A stretch of DNA of 64,000 nt from an uncultured Spirochaetales bacterium (GCA_964596425.1 CAZQTC010000023.1:581367-645366); one strand, 5' to 3'. Shown: positions 21,628 to 32,954, counted from the stretch's first letter. Made by a program: numbers and translations. The notes: generated by a model not told the origin, from the letters alone.

Positions 21628-23253
21628 TTAAGATTGCTCCCTGAGAGCTATAGTCTCTTCTCGTATAATATCCCTTATCCGTTTCAAATCAACTACACCA
21701 AGGAGTCGTCGCGGATTATTTTTATCTACCACCGGAAGAAATGAGGTATTACTTGAGAGCAATATCTGATATGCCTCTCGTAAATTTTTATCCGGATATG
21801 TCTTGTGCAATACCGGAAGCATTAGATCCTCGGCAATGACTAAATTGGAGGGAATATTTCTACTCAGAATAGGTTTTATCTTGGAGAGACCTATCACACC
21901 GCAAAGCTCACCATTCTCATTGACAACAGGTATATCATCCAAATCACTGGCAGAAAAAATTTCAAGAATTTCAGGGAGTACAGCGTTCCTATTTATCACA
22001 GGAGAATTTCCTTGCATAACATCTTTAACTCTATACTTTGTAAGCATTTCCTCTTCAGTTACATTCTTATATATCTCCTGCGCTTTCGTAATCGCCAGCT
22101 TAACAAATGGCGGACCTATAATCTGCACAACAAAGGTAGTAAGGGTTACAATACTAATTATAGAGAGCCCAAGGGAAGGAAAAGAATGAAAGGCAGAGAT
22201 TGCTAATCCGATGGTGACACCTGCCTGAGAGAAGAGACCCAAACCAAGATACTTACTCACCTTTTTCGGCGCCTTAGAAATTCGTGCGCCAACAGCTGCT
22301 CCCAAAATCTTTCCCGAAGTTCTTCCAAACAGATACAAAAATGCGGTAGCAATGGTAAACAGAGTAAGAGCTTTTAGCTCGAGTCTAGCTCCTGCCAGAA
22401 CAAAAAAGAGTATATAGATGGGCGGAGAAAAACTTTTCATGGAATCAAAGACTCTCTCAGAGTAAAACGGTGCAATATTAACAAAGGTAACCCCAAAAAA
22501 CATCTCCGCGAGTATCATATCAAACCCAAATTTTAACGACACAGCTATTATCAAAATGATAGAACCAAAGGTAAAACTCAGCATTAAATCCTGCTCATGT
22601 TTGTACTTTTTAGTTAGATCTAATAACAGACGAAAAATAAAAGCTATCACCGAACCAAGCAAAGCCGCTCCCCCAATAGAATAGAGAGGCTTTAACACAG
22701 CCTCATATATAGAAAAAGCACGCTGATCCTCAAGAATTTTAGCAATAGAGTTTGCAAAACCGTACAATAAAAGTGCAAGGCCATCATCCAGAGCAACAAT
22801 GGCAAATATCATTGTAGTTAATACACCGGCGGATTTGTACTCCCACAGAACATCCACCGTTGCTGCGGGCGCCGTCGCAGAGGCTAGTGCTCCTAGTATT
22901 ATCGCCAAGCTCCAATTTCGAGTAAAAAGCCCGGTAAATAAACTTACAAGGATAAAAGCGGAAATTCCTTCAAACAGGAGAATTATTACCATGCTCTTCC
23001 CAAATTTTTTAAAGACGGATTTTTTTAATTCACCCCCCACAAGAAACCCAATTATTCCAAGAGCTATATAATTTAGCGGTCTGAATTCTACGATTAGATT
23101 TTCAGTTAATATGTTAGTTACCGATACACCAAGTATTAAACCTATAACAATGTAGCCAACAACCTGCGGTATCTTTATTAACTTGAACAGTCTGGCGCCT
23201 ATTACACCAAAGATAAGAGCAAGGGCTATTACAAGAATCGTTCCTGCACTCAT
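21628..23253 (-). CDS. Cation/proton antiporter (CPA1/CPA2-type Na+/H+ exchanger) fused to a C-terminal CBS-domain pair
   Basis: 541 aa; about 11-12 TM helices with the Na_H_exchanger pattern, then two CBS-like repeats in the last ~140 aa. Confidence 0.8.
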   Translation of the reverse strand: MSAGTILVIALALIFGVIGARLFKLIKIPQVVGYIVIGLILGVSVTNILTENLIVEFRPLNYIALGIIGFLVGGELKKSVFKKFGKSMVIILLFEGISAFILVSLFTGLFTRNWSLAIILGALASATAPAATVDVLWEYKSAGVLTTMIFAIVALDDGLALLLYGFANSIAKILEDQRAFSIYEAVLKPLYSIGGAALLGSVIAFIFRLLLDLTKKYKHEQDLMLSFTFGSIILIIAVSLKFGFDMILAEMFFGVTFVNIAPFYSERVFDSMKSFSPPIYILFFVLAGARLELKALTLFTIATAFLYLFGRTSGKILGAAVGARISKAPKKVSKYLGLGLFSQAGVTIGLAISAFHSFPSLGLSIISIVTLTTFVVQIIGPPFVKLAITKAQEIYKNVTEEEMLTKYRVKDVMQGNSPVINRNAVLPEILEIFSASDLDDIPVVNENGELCGVIGLSKIKPILSRNIPSNLVIAEDLMLPVLHKTYPDKNLREAYQILLSSNTSFLPVVDKNNPRRLLGVVDLKRIRDIIREETIALREQS

Positions 23254-23294
23254 TTTTCACTTCTTAAAAATTATTGTGCAAATGAATCTATTAG

Positions 23295-24347
23295 TCAATC
23301 ATTGCGCTCTTTTACAGAGCCTCTAACGACAAGCTCTGTGTCAAATTCAATGCAGGTATCTGTTTTTTTATTCTTTAAAAGTTTAATAAGTATCTCACCA
23401 GCAGCTTTACCCTTTTCAAATGCCGGCTGAAAGACAGTGGTTAACCCCGGTGATATTAACGAAGCTTCCGGAATATCATCAAAACCCGCAAGAGAGACAT
23501 CTTCTGGAATTCTTATTCCCTCCCTCTTACAGTACAGAAACACACCGATTGCCATTATGTCACTCATAGCAACGATAGCCGTTGGTGGTTTCTTAAGACT
23601 TAACAACCTTCTAGCCGCAGCTTCTCCCCCTTCAATGGAACATTCCGCTTCAATAACACGTATATTGGAATCATTAATACCAAGGCCAAATCTTTCCAGC
23701 GCCCTCTCATAACCCTTTAAGCGGAGGTCCCTAACACGGGAGAACATCTCTCGTTCAGTATCCTCCTCACCGGGGCTGGTAGCAGGTTTTAAGGAGAGAA
23801 TGGCAATGTGCCTGTGACCCGCCTTAAGCACATACTCCATAATCTCCATAGCCCCTTGCATATCATTGGTGTTTACACTGGGTATACGTTCCGAGGGTTT
23901 CCCGTCCACCACAACAAGGGGAATATTCCTCTGAAGTATCAATTCTACTATTTTAAGATGAGCCTCCAAGCCAAATGTAACAAACCCATCCACCGCAGCA
24001 CTTCTAATTCCCTGAAAAATACATCCCTTAAGCGGGGGAACTACGGTTAGTGAGTACCCTTCTTTGTGGCATACACTTCCTACCCCTTGAAGCATTAGTG
24101 AAAGGAAGGGGTTTTTAAAAGCCACAGGTATCGAATGAGGTATTAAAAATCCAATAGAACCTATTCTCTTCGTTGTCAAAGTCCTCGCAACAGGGTCAGG
24201 TACATATCCAAGCTCATCGGCAATTTCCATTATCCTTTCATAGGTTTCTTTTGATATCCTCTCTGGATTGTTAAAGGCAAAAGAAACCGCGGTTTTTGAA
24301 ACTCCTGCTCTCCTTGCTATCTCGTTTATTGTCACTCGTCTACTCAT
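23295..24347 (-). CDS. LacI-family transcriptional regulator, likely repressor of the alpha-glucan operon
   Basis: HTH VTINEIARRAGVSKTAVSFAFN plus a periplasmic-binding-protein-like sugar-binding core; the ORF could extend to 24368; overlaps the GH13 gene's 3' end. Confidence 0.85.
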   Translation of the reverse strand: MSRRVTINEIARRAGVSKTAVSFAFNNPERISKETYERIMEIADELGYVPDPVARTLTTKRIGSIGFLIPHSIPVAFKNPFLSLMLQGVGSVCHKEGYSLTVVPPLKGCIFQGIRSAAVDGFVTFGLEAHLKIVELILQRNIPLVVVDGKPSERIPSVNTNDMQGAMEIMEYVLKAGHRHIAILSLKPATSPGEEDTEREMFSRVRDLRLKGYERALERFGLGINDSNIRVIEAECSIEGGEAAARRLLSLKKPPTAIVAMSDIMAIGVFLYCKREGIRIPEDVSLAGFDDIPEASLISPGLTTVFQPAFEKGKAAGEILIKLLKNKKTDTCIEFDTELVVRGSVKERND

Positions 24348-24357
24348 AAAACTTATC

Positions 24358-26598
24358 CTACCTATCAAAATTCGCCACTTCTCTAAAGACTAAGAAGTAG
24401 GGCTTGTAGGGTAAAGGAGAGAGTTCTATCCTCCCACACTCATCCCCACGCCAGATACTCTTACCGTACTCCACCCAATACTCACTGTCCAATAAATCAT
24501 ACAAGCGATAATTTTTCTCATGTCGTATTGAGAATTTGGAAACCGGCAAATCAAAAATAAAACTCTGTTTTTCAGGATTCAAACTGATAAGCCCCCAAAC
24601 TGTTTCCCCTTTCCCCACCCTGATAATACTGAGAACTCGTGAATTTGAACATTTTACCGCATTAAAGAAAATTCCTCCCCCAATAAGTGCCTGACAATTT
24701 GCCCTAACACTAAACAACTTTCTATAGAAACTCTCACTCCCCACTTCCTGTCCTGCCCATACCATGGGAATAAAACCAGCCAACACAAGGGCTGCAAATC
24801 CCGCCTTTTCAAAGGCTGAACCCCGCAACCCATAAGACGGCGGAGAGAGTGTACGAGTATCGTGAGTTTCCATAAACGAAACACGGTTTGCCCCGGGAGG
24901 AAGACTAAGCCAATAATCTCTCATCCACGCCCCCCATTCCATAGAGGTTATATCACCAAAAACAAGCCTCACTGTCCAACTTAACGGTAGATAATCACAT
25001 AACATATCATGAGAACGCATAAATATTGGCCCCGGGACCTCACATAGAAGAATTGCTTCTCTATCTACTTCTCTTAGCCTTACACGCAGCTTTTCCAGGA
25101 GAGAAACGACTCCCAGATTTGTTTTACTTGCCCTGTAAGCAAGACCTGCATCCCAGTTCGGTTCTTTACCAACCGGCGCATCTACTCTATATCCGTCAAA
25201 TCTAAAACGTTTAAATAACTCGAGACTCCATTTAAGCATATAACTATGAAACTCCTCATTAGCCCAATCAAAAGAATAGGTATCATTCCATCCGTGTGAG
25301 GACACACATCTGCCATTTTCATCTCTAACAAACCAATTCGGCTTCTCCGCTACATAACGGGCACTTTTAGAACACCCCTGAGAAACGAAATCCAGCAATA
25401 CTTTCATTCCCAGTCTATGGGCCTCTGAGATTAAATCTGCAAAATCTTCCTCTGTTCCAAGGGATCGATCAAAAAGTTCAAAATCTCGAATTGCATAGGG
25501 ACTTCCGCTCTTTGTCCAATTTTCATCCCATGGCAACCCGGTAAGATTATCATAGGCCCATATGGGTAGAAGATAGAGTGTATTAAAACCTAAACCTCTT
25601 ATACGATTTAACTCATTTCGTAACCCTTTAAATCCCCCAAACATTCCGGGATGTACCTCGTAGATGACCGCACTCTTAACCCACTCCGGAGAATCTCCGT
25701 ACACGGGGGGGCTAATACCGGTTAGCCGATACATAGAACGATACACCTCAAGGGCATTCTCCCAGCCACCGCCTGTTACAAGTATGTATTGGGTACCTAC
25801 CTCAAAGCTTTCACCTGGTTCCAACCACCCTGCCAAATTTACGGTATGGACGAGTGATATACTATCACCAAAAGATCCGGAACCAAAAAATCCGGGAATA
25901 GCATTTTCTATCCTGCTAACGTACCAGCTCAGTAACGTCCAACCAGATCCTGTATTTGTAACAGCGAGAATGCCCTGCGATGCATCCGGTGAGGGTTCTA
26001 TAACAAACCCAAATCTCTCACTTGAGACCGGAAAATCATCACTTATCACCCGTGTTGCAACCCCGTTTTCGAGAAGATTTTCTCCCTCATCCACCTGAAT
26101 AGATTTTTTAATAGCTCTAAGTAACGGATAATTGGGTTTTACCGCACTGCCAGGCGAAAGCAAAAAAGTCTCGTAGGGATTTCCAATACGGATACATGGG
26201 AGAACAAATTTCAATCCCGTTATCTTTATTCTTCCCTTTCCTTTTCCCCCAACACGGGTAACCGCTACACTCCTAGATATTGTATCCCTTTCTATCAGAT
26301 AATTTTCAAAAAAAATAATATCACCCAGTTCAATTTCAAGTGTTACTCTCCTACCCTCTCTGCTTCCATCTATAAAAGGATCATCAGATATCTTTTTCAG
26401 AACAGGCTTAAAACTCTTTGTAAGCCAGATCTCCTCAACCCTGAGATCCAAAGAACACACATACGAATTATCTCCACACTCTGTTGATATTAAATTCTTA
26501 TAAGGGGAATCCGTTCTCGTTAAGAGAACCAATGCCCCTGTTCCAGAAGAAAATCCAACTCTAAAATTGCCGTATTCAACTAAAATCATAGCTCCCAC
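24358..26598 (-). CDS. GH13 alpha-amylase-family enzyme, cytoplasmic, with ~300-aa N-terminal domain of unknown function
   Basis: 746 aa, no signal peptide; GH13 catalytic regions (GMKVLLDFV, FDGYRVDAP, METHD). Confidence 0.8.
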   Translation of the reverse strand: MGAMILVEYGNFRVGFSSGTGALVLLTRTDSPYKNLISTECGDNSYVCSLDLRVEEIWLTKSFKPVLKKISDDPFIDGSREGRRVTLEIELGDIIFFENYLIERDTISRSVAVTRVGGKGKGRIKITGLKFVLPCIRIGNPYETFLLSPGSAVKPNYPLLRAIKKSIQVDEGENLLENGVATRVISDDFPVSSERFGFVIEPSPDASQGILAVTNTGSGWTLLSWYVSRIENAIPGFFGSGSFGDSISLVHTVNLAGWLEPGESFEVGTQYILVTGGGWENALEVYRSMYRLTGISPPVYGDSPEWVKSAVIYEVHPGMFGGFKGLRNELNRIRGLGFNTLYLLPIWAYDNLTGLPWDENWTKSGSPYAIRDFELFDRSLGTEEDFADLISEAHRLGMKVLLDFVSQGCSKSARYVAEKPNWFVRDENGRCVSSHGWNDTYSFDWANEEFHSYMLKWSLELFKRFRFDGYRVDAPVGKEPNWDAGLAYRASKTNLGVVSLLEKLRVRLREVDREAILLCEVPGPIFMRSHDMLCDYLPLSWTVRLVFGDITSMEWGAWMRDYWLSLPPGANRVSFMETHDTRTLSPPSYGLRGSAFEKAGFAALVLAGFIPMVWAGQEVGSESFYRKLFSVRANCQALIGGGIFFNAVKCSNSRVLSIIRVGKGETVWGLISLNPEKQSFIFDLPVSKFSIRHEKNYRLYDLLDSEYWVEYGKSIWRGDECGRIELSPLPYKPYFLVFREVANFDR

Positions 26599-28813
26599 TG
26601 TCTGATAATACTATCTCTAAGCCCAAATTTCTTACATCGCCGGGGGAAAGTTTTATCCTCCACACAGGTATAAGAGATATCCCTTGATATATCCTCTCAA
26701 ACCCACCCTCGGAGTTTGAAATCGTTTCGATAGGATAGAAGTGCAATGAATTGGGAAAATCCGGATTTGTATCTACCAGTACCATATCAATCTTCATTGC
26801 CAAAAGTTTCAAATAGAGTAATACCTCGATAACATGCTCAACCTTTCCAATCTCATCAAGATAAAATTTCTTCTTAAAGTGTCTTGTAGCTGCAGAATCT
26901 AATATAAAGCTTAAAAAAGATTCGTGATCGTTTCCACCCATCATAGCCCAACTGGTCTCCACTCCGAAACCACAATCAATACTCCTTCTCCCTTCATTTG
27001 TTATACTGTAAGAGAGCTCCAATCTTCCCTCCTCGCCATAGAGAATGTACGATTTTACTATTTTTACCGGAACAGGGGCACGAGAAATCATATCCACAAC
27101 AGTTCCCTCTCTTACAAGCACAATCTTTGCACCTGAACCAGAGGTTACGGTTTCTACAATCTCATAACTGGAATCTACAAAATCTCCCAATTCATTATAA
27201 TTGCCGGAATAGAAGCCATTACTATCCAATTCCCATGGTACAAAGTGATCCACAAAAGAGAGACGCCTATGGGGATCATAAAACAGACGCCTTTCCAATC
27301 CTAGCTCTTTAACCCGAACAGCCTGGGTATGAATATTTTCTACTTCCTCTTCACTGCCAGCAAATATAACATTATCCTCCCTTACAGCCTTCAAAAAACC
27401 AGAATGATACGCTTCTTTTCGCCTGGTAAGCGTGTTTAAGAGGTTAAAATTTTTATCTCTCCAATCCCACTCAAAACATCCCCCACCGATAGACGGTCCT
27501 ACATAGAAGTTATACCTGCTCCCCTCAAAAAGGATTTCGTCCTCACCGTCACAATCAAAATCTGTAACTTCCAGCTTAACTGTTTTATTCCCAGAAATCT
27601 CATCAATGTATTTTTCAGCTTTTATCAAATTCTCATAGACAGCCGAGCGAATATGAAAGAGATAGATCCCCCCGAATACACCGTGCCAATAGGGACAATT
27701 ACATTGACCGGCCCACAGGTAATCCTGCACCCGTTTCACATCTGTTTTCCCTCCCCGAGGCAAAGTATCTCTCACATAGCGAGCAATCTTACCACTTACA
27801 TAGAGCATTTTTTTATGCATGGTGTTTATCTCCGGATACTTGACCATAAAATTGCGCCAGAAACCTCCCCTTAAAAACCTAAGTACATCTTTCCTCTTAC
27901 TACTCTCAAACTCCTGTTTTATCCAGGCAAACTCTTCACCGAGCTCCACAGGCAGCACCCATTCTGTCATCTCATCGTAGGAAGCCGTGGGAAGATATAT
28001 CCTTCCCAATGGTGGAAAACGCTTCAGATATTCGGCAGGAGTCAAGGTTTTTATAATCTCTCTCTTCTCTTCGAGCTTACTAAAGAACATTTCCATCCAA
28101 GAAAAACCCTCTTTCGTTCCCCAGCAATGCTCGTATGTCCCGGGCCACATACCAAATTTTTCTCCGTCATCACCCATAAGAGCAAGTTTTTTTCCAGATT
28201 CATCAGCCCTTTCTATCAACCATCCAATGACCGAATCAACATCGGACCATGGTATCGAATAACGAAGAGCCTTAAGTGTGCTAAAAATGGCGAGAGATTT
28301 CCCCTGTTCCTCAGTTATATAATACCCGAAAAGATCCTCTTCTTTTACACCAGCATATCGAAAGTGAGTATCATCTACAATGGTATAGCGAACACCCGCC
28401 TCGTGGAAATTCTTAGCAAGGTGTTGTTCCCACACTCTCTCTGCCAACCATGCCCCAACCGGTTCGTAACCAAACTCCCTTCTTACCGTTTCACTGAGCT
28501 TTTTTATCTGACCATACTTATCCCTATCCGGTATGGCAACCAGAATGGGTTCATAGTAACCACCCGTTAAAATCTCAACCTGCCCCCTACCTACCAGGGC
28601 TCTAATTCTTTCTATTAGTTCTCCATCATGTTCAAACATCCAGTCCAGGAGACATCCACTGTAATGAAGCCCCACCTTGACCCCCGGATGTTTCTCCAGG
28701 AGACGAATCATCGGTTCATACGCCTCTCTCATTGCTCTTTCGAATACAAAACCGAAATTTCCAACAGGTTGATGATTATGAAAAACCAGTGACAGATGAA
28801 TACTCTTACTCAC
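26576..28813 (-). CDS. GH57-family alpha-glucan enzyme (4-alpha-glucanotransferase/alpha-amylase type), cytoplasmic
   Basis: 745 aa; N-terminal GH57 signature LVFHNHQPVGNF; GH57 catalytic-region motifs; no signal peptide. Confidence 0.85.
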   Translation of the reverse strand: MSKSIHLSLVFHNHQPVGNFGFVFERAMREAYEPMIRLLEKHPGVKVGLHYSGCLLDWMFEHDGELIERIRALVGRGQVEILTGGYYEPILVAIPDRDKYGQIKKLSETVRREFGYEPVGAWLAERVWEQHLAKNFHEAGVRYTIVDDTHFRYAGVKEEDLFGYYITEEQGKSLAIFSTLKALRYSIPWSDVDSVIGWLIERADESGKKLALMGDDGEKFGMWPGTYEHCWGTKEGFSWMEMFFSKLEEKREIIKTLTPAEYLKRFPPLGRIYLPTASYDEMTEWVLPVELGEEFAWIKQEFESSKRKDVLRFLRGGFWRNFMVKYPEINTMHKKMLYVSGKIARYVRDTLPRGGKTDVKRVQDYLWAGQCNCPYWHGVFGGIYLFHIRSAVYENLIKAEKYIDEISGNKTVKLEVTDFDCDGEDEILFEGSRYNFYVGPSIGGGCFEWDWRDKNFNLLNTLTRRKEAYHSGFLKAVREDNVIFAGSEEEVENIHTQAVRVKELGLERRLFYDPHRRLSFVDHFVPWELDSNGFYSGNYNELGDFVDSSYEIVETVTSGSGAKIVLVREGTVVDMISRAPVPVKIVKSYILYGEEGRLELSYSITNEGRRSIDCGFGVETSWAMMGGNDHESFLSFILDSAATRHFKKKFYLDEIGKVEHVIEVLLYLKLLAMKIDMVLVDTNPDFPNSLHFYPIETISNSEGGFERIYQGISLIPVWRIKLSPGDVRNLGLEIVLSDSGSYDFS

Positions 28814-28827
28814 ACTCTCCCCCGTGA

Positions 28828-31800
28828 TTATTTCGCTTTCAATCTTGCTACTGTAAGGAGCGGTATATTTGCAAAATCCTTAGGCCCAAGGCTATCTATA
28901 CTCTTCTTCGAGTGGGGATAACTGCTCAATATTTGCTCTTGTGTCGGAGTAAAATCCGCCGGCCAAATCAGATCAATAATTCGGGTGTGATTTGTATCAT
29001 CCGGGGCTCCCCCAAAACGCCACTGAGCTGGTTTTTTATCTATATCACGAACACGAAGCACCCCCGGAGATGGAAATCCGTCCTGACTTAAGACTGCACA
29101 TACATAGCCCCACCTCGCCGGATCGATTTTATTACCAAATACCTCCTTTTTAACCTTAATGGTAACGGTTCGCTTTCCGGGATTAACAATTACACGCACC
29201 GAAGAGCCCGAGAGAGAGGTTACCCTCCCCGTTTTATCCGCTCTGAATATCTTTTGCTCCCATCCCTCGACCCATATGGCATATTCCCACCCATCGCTGT
29301 CCCTAAGGGCAGCATTCCTTCCCTGTAGAAGCATCCTGGAACCCGTTCTCTTACCCGGGTCTCTATCTATATAAACATCAAAGGTCTGAAGTGAGAGGTT
29401 TATTCCCGATCCCCATACATTCTTCAGCTTTCCCCGTATTTTAAACCTGAAAATCAGATTCCTACTATCCTCTGCTATTACCAGGGAAGTAGCATCGAAA
29501 ACCCCCTTTTTAAAAACCCCGTCGGTAGGATAAATATAGCTACCGGGACCGTGATCATCGTAAAGAGGATCCCTAACACTAAGAATCACCTCCGAGTTCC
29601 CCAATTCCGGTACCATAACCCTCCCGGGTCCATCACAGGGAAAGAGGGAAATACCCAGTGAACCATTACTGTATTTCCTATTTACAACTGCGACCTGCAA
29701 ATTAACAGAATCACCAGCCTCAAGTTCCTCTCCACCCAAAGCAGTAATAGGCACAGCGATTTCAAGCACATTTTTCCCATACACTGGAGCGGAATTAGAA
29801 CCCCCCGATTTAATCGAAACCCCGCCAGTTTTAACAAAACCCACATTTTTCACAATTCCTTGTCTCTTCCAATTTCCATACCTTCCGACTCCCCAGAGTT
29901 CAACCCCGGCAGGTAAATTATTTGCTACCTTTGACAGATACATTCTTACCACAAAACCGGCTCTAAAACCCAATACTCCCCTCTTTGCTTTCTCTTCTTG
30001 TCCCCCTGTTGGCAGAGTAAAAGGAGAGGAAAATCTTTCATGCGGAAGGGAAAAATAGATGTCAAATTCTTTTGACCCTAGAGAATTATTTGAGGAATCA
30101 ATCCGAAAATAGATGTTACCCTCATCGAAACCACAGAAAAGTGCATTTAATTTTTTATCATTAAATCTGTACAGAGCAGCATTTTCCCACTCACCTGGCG
30201 TAACCGTACCATTAACCACTGGCTTGAGAATGCCATTAACCGGACGCGTGGCAGCAATTGGTTTTTCTGGTATGATCGGTACATTTAGAAAATCAGGAAT
30301 CGGATCTCCGAGTGCCCTATATACCTGTTTTAGCAAAAATCTGAAATTTCTGTCAAAATACTCATCATCCCCCGAGTTTTGATCACTTCCAAACCACCAA
30401 AACCAATCAGATCCCTCGGCCAGATACATATAATCGAAGGCCTTCTTGAGCCTCTGCGGAGTAGTAGTGCGTCGCTTATACATATCAAATTGAGCAAGGT
30501 GTCTCCTTACCTTCCCAAGGTAATCCCATGCCTCGTTTTCCTCCGGCTCCCCTATCCATGTGGCATAATTGGGGCTAAACCAAGCCCCGGGCCACAGGTT
30601 TTTTATTACCCTCTGTTTCGGGAACATAGAGAGGTAATCGCTAACAGTAACCGTTTTGATATCCTTTGACCGAGAGAGCATCTCGTAGAGACTGTTAAGA
30701 AACTCTTTGCCATCGTTCGGATAGTACTCCCATGCATTCTCTCCATCAAGAATCACACTTACAAGATGAGGTCCCTTAAATCTACCCTCTCTTTCTCCCT
30801 CTAAAAGTGCCTTTCTAATCCTCTCCAATCTCTCAACGAAATCCGCTGCCGCTACCCTCCCAGGCTTACCTGAATACTCAAATCCTATAAGATCCGACAA
30901 CCTGTTATCCCTAAAAACAATGCCAACACGCTTGCCATCCTTAGACTCAACGTAGTAGGGTCTGTATAGAGCATCAGGATTATTAACAAGACCAGCGCTG
31001 TTTCTGGAAAAACTACTCAATCCTATCGACCTGGCCAAAACTTGCTCACCGGAAGCCATCCACTTATACCCGGCATTTGCAACGAGTCTCACTATCGGTT
31101 GAGCAACCGCTCCCTCGGCAGGCCACAAGCCTGCAGGGCTTCTTCCAAAGTGTTGTCTATACATCTCGACACTAAGTTTGAGTTGTGCTATTGCATCCTG
31201 AGGGTAAGAGAACCTCTTCGGCAATTTTACTCCTGGATCCCCTATCTTTGCCAGATCGCTGTTGTAGATCAACGGAAGAATCGGATGTGCATAGGGTGTT
31301 GTTATAACCTCTATGATCCCCTCATCCTGCAATTTTTTATACTCCGGTAAAACCCTTCGAATTAGCCTTTGGATCTCTCTAAATAGTAATCTTTTATCAG
31401 CTTCACTAAAATTTCTCCCCTTTTCGACAAGGGATCTCAACGGTTTTTTCTCCAGGAAACCAGGATCTATCCATGCGAGATTAAACCAAACCTGTAGATC
31501 TCTAAAATCGCTCTCGCTAAAACGTTTAAGTGCCCTATCTATCGCCTCTGGAGAACTCCCACCGCGTTTTTTTAACAGTTCCTCATACCTGGGATATCGA
31601 CCTATAATATTTTTGTAATTTGCATCAAAAAACCGCCTAAGAATAAATCTCTTATCCTCACGAGTTAACGATGCGGTAGGTTTTTCACCAAGAACCCAGT
31701 ATTTGTCCTTAGCACCCTTTACAAAATCATCCAGTTGCCTAATAAGAACAGGTGTAAGATTAAAGGTAATCCGAAGATTCCTATACTTTTCTAACATTGC

Positions 31801-32058
31801 GGGCATATCAAGATAATCTTTCGTTGCATGAACCCTTACCCATGGTCTGGAATAAACGCCGGTTTTAGGATCCTTTCCATAGAGGGGTTGATGATTATGC
31901 CAGATAATGTTCAGATACAGTACCTTATCCCCCACCCCCCTTAGTTCATCCTCACCTTTGGAAACCGAGGCAATCACTTTGCAACCCCAGAAGAGGACGA
32001 TAATAAACAAGAGAGAAATTCCGACTAGCGTACAATTCCTTAATTTTCTCAGTTTCAT
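28828..32058 (-). CDS. Secreted GH57-family enzyme (amylopullulanase/pullulanase-like) with ~500-aa C-terminal extension
   Basis: 1076 aa; signal peptide MKLRKLRNCTLVGISLLFIIVLFWGC; GH57 motif NIIWHNHQPLY; C-terminal half beta-rich with no recognisable family (possible binding modules). Confidence 0.8.
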   Translation of the reverse strand: MKLRKLRNCTLVGISLLFIIVLFWGCKVIASVSKGEDELRGVGDKVLYLNIIWHNHQPLYGKDPKTGVYSRPWVRVHATKDYLDMPAMLEKYRNLRITFNLTPVLIRQLDDFVKGAKDKYWVLGEKPTASLTREDKRFILRRFFDANYKNIIGRYPRYEELLKKRGGSSPEAIDRALKRFSESDFRDLQVWFNLAWIDPGFLEKKPLRSLVEKGRNFSEADKRLLFREIQRLIRRVLPEYKKLQDEGIIEVITTPYAHPILPLIYNSDLAKIGDPGVKLPKRFSYPQDAIAQLKLSVEMYRQHFGRSPAGLWPAEGAVAQPIVRLVANAGYKWMASGEQVLARSIGLSSFSRNSAGLVNNPDALYRPYYVESKDGKRVGIVFRDNRLSDLIGFEYSGKPGRVAAADFVERLERIRKALLEGEREGRFKGPHLVSVILDGENAWEYYPNDGKEFLNSLYEMLSRSKDIKTVTVSDYLSMFPKQRVIKNLWPGAWFSPNYATWIGEPEENEAWDYLGKVRRHLAQFDMYKRRTTTPQRLKKAFDYMYLAEGSDWFWWFGSDQNSGDDEYFDRNFRFLLKQVYRALGDPIPDFLNVPIIPEKPIAATRPVNGILKPVVNGTVTPGEWENAALYRFNDKKLNALFCGFDEGNIYFRIDSSNNSLGSKEFDIYFSLPHERFSSPFTLPTGGQEEKAKRGVLGFRAGFVVRMYLSKVANNLPAGVELWGVGRYGNWKRQGIVKNVGFVKTGGVSIKSGGSNSAPVYGKNVLEIAVPITALGGEELEAGDSVNLQVAVVNRKYSNGSLGISLFPCDGPGRVMVPELGNSEVILSVRDPLYDDHGPGSYIYPTDGVFKKGVFDATSLVIAEDSRNLIFRFKIRGKLKNVWGSGINLSLQTFDVYIDRDPGKRTGSRMLLQGRNAALRDSDGWEYAIWVEGWEQKIFRADKTGRVTSLSGSSVRVIVNPGKRTVTIKVKKEVFGNKIDPARWGYVCAVLSQDGFPSPGVLRVRDIDKKPAQWRFGGAPDDTNHTRIIDLIWPADFTPTQEQILSSYPHSKKSIDSLGPKDFANIPLLTVARLKAK

Positions 32059-32081
32059 AGCTTTCTCCTAATTTAAACTAC

Positions 32082-32954
32082 TCATCCCTTCACAGAGCCA
32101 AGGGTAAGTCCCGATATAAGCCACTTTGAAGAAAATAAAAACAGAGCCATAACAGGCACAGCTACAAGAATGGAAGCGGCGGAATATGCCCCCCACTCTG
32201 TCTGAAATTGCCCCTGAAGGCTCTGAAGTCCTAGAGGCCAAGTTAACATACTCTCACGTTGAAGCATTATTCTTGCCAGAAGAAAGTCATTCCATGCGCT
32301 CATAAAATTAAAGAGAAAAACAATGGCAAGGGCAGGTGTGGAGAGGGGAAGGATTATTCTGTAAAAAGCAGAGAGTTTCGAAACCCCATCTATCATTGCA
32401 GCCTCCTCCAACTCTTCGGGTACCGTATCGTAATATCCCTTCAATATCCATATACTGAATGGGATGGAGCTCACGGAGTAGGCAAATATCAAACCCTTGT
32501 AGGTATTTATGAGATGCAGCTTGGCCGCTAAAATGTATATAGGTATCATTAACATTGCCGCCGGTATCATTTGAGTCGTCAACAGGAAAACCAATCCCGG
32601 CTTCCTACCGGGGAAACGCCACCTTGAAAAAGCGTACGCAGAGGTCGAGGCAAGTATTACACCGATTACCGAGGTTGTAATAGTTATTACAAGACTATTC
32701 CACAGCCATAGAAAAAAACTTCGCTCAAATATTACCTCTTTATAATTGGCCAGCGTAGCGTCCCTGGGAATAATGGCAAGGGATGTTGAAAGAAGTCTGT
32801 CTCCTGGTCTTAGCGAGACAGAGACAATTCTTAGTGCCGGATATATAGCAATGACACACGCAATAATCAGAATCAAATGTATAATAATCCGTTTAAATGG
32901 ACTATCACCCCTAGACCTGTAAAAAAATCTATACAATTTCCAGGATTTATTCAT
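32082..32954 (-). CDS. Sugar ABC transporter permease, MalG-like
   Basis: 290 aa, 6 TM helices; EAA-like motif (EAAMIDGVSKLSAFYRIILPL). Confidence 0.85.
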   Translation of the reverse strand: MNKSWKLYRFFYRSRGDSPFKRIIIHLILIIACVIAIYPALRIVSVSLRPGDRLLSTSLAIIPRDATLANYKEVIFERSFFLWLWNSLVITITTSVIGVILASTSAYAFSRWRFPGRKPGLVFLLTTQMIPAAMLMIPIYILAAKLHLINTYKGLIFAYSVSSIPFSIWILKGYYDTVPEELEEAAMIDGVSKLSAFYRIILPLSTPALAIVFLFNFMSAWNDFLLARIMLQRESMLTWPLGLQSLQGQFQTEWGAYSAASILVAVPVMALFLFSSKWLISGLTLGSVKG

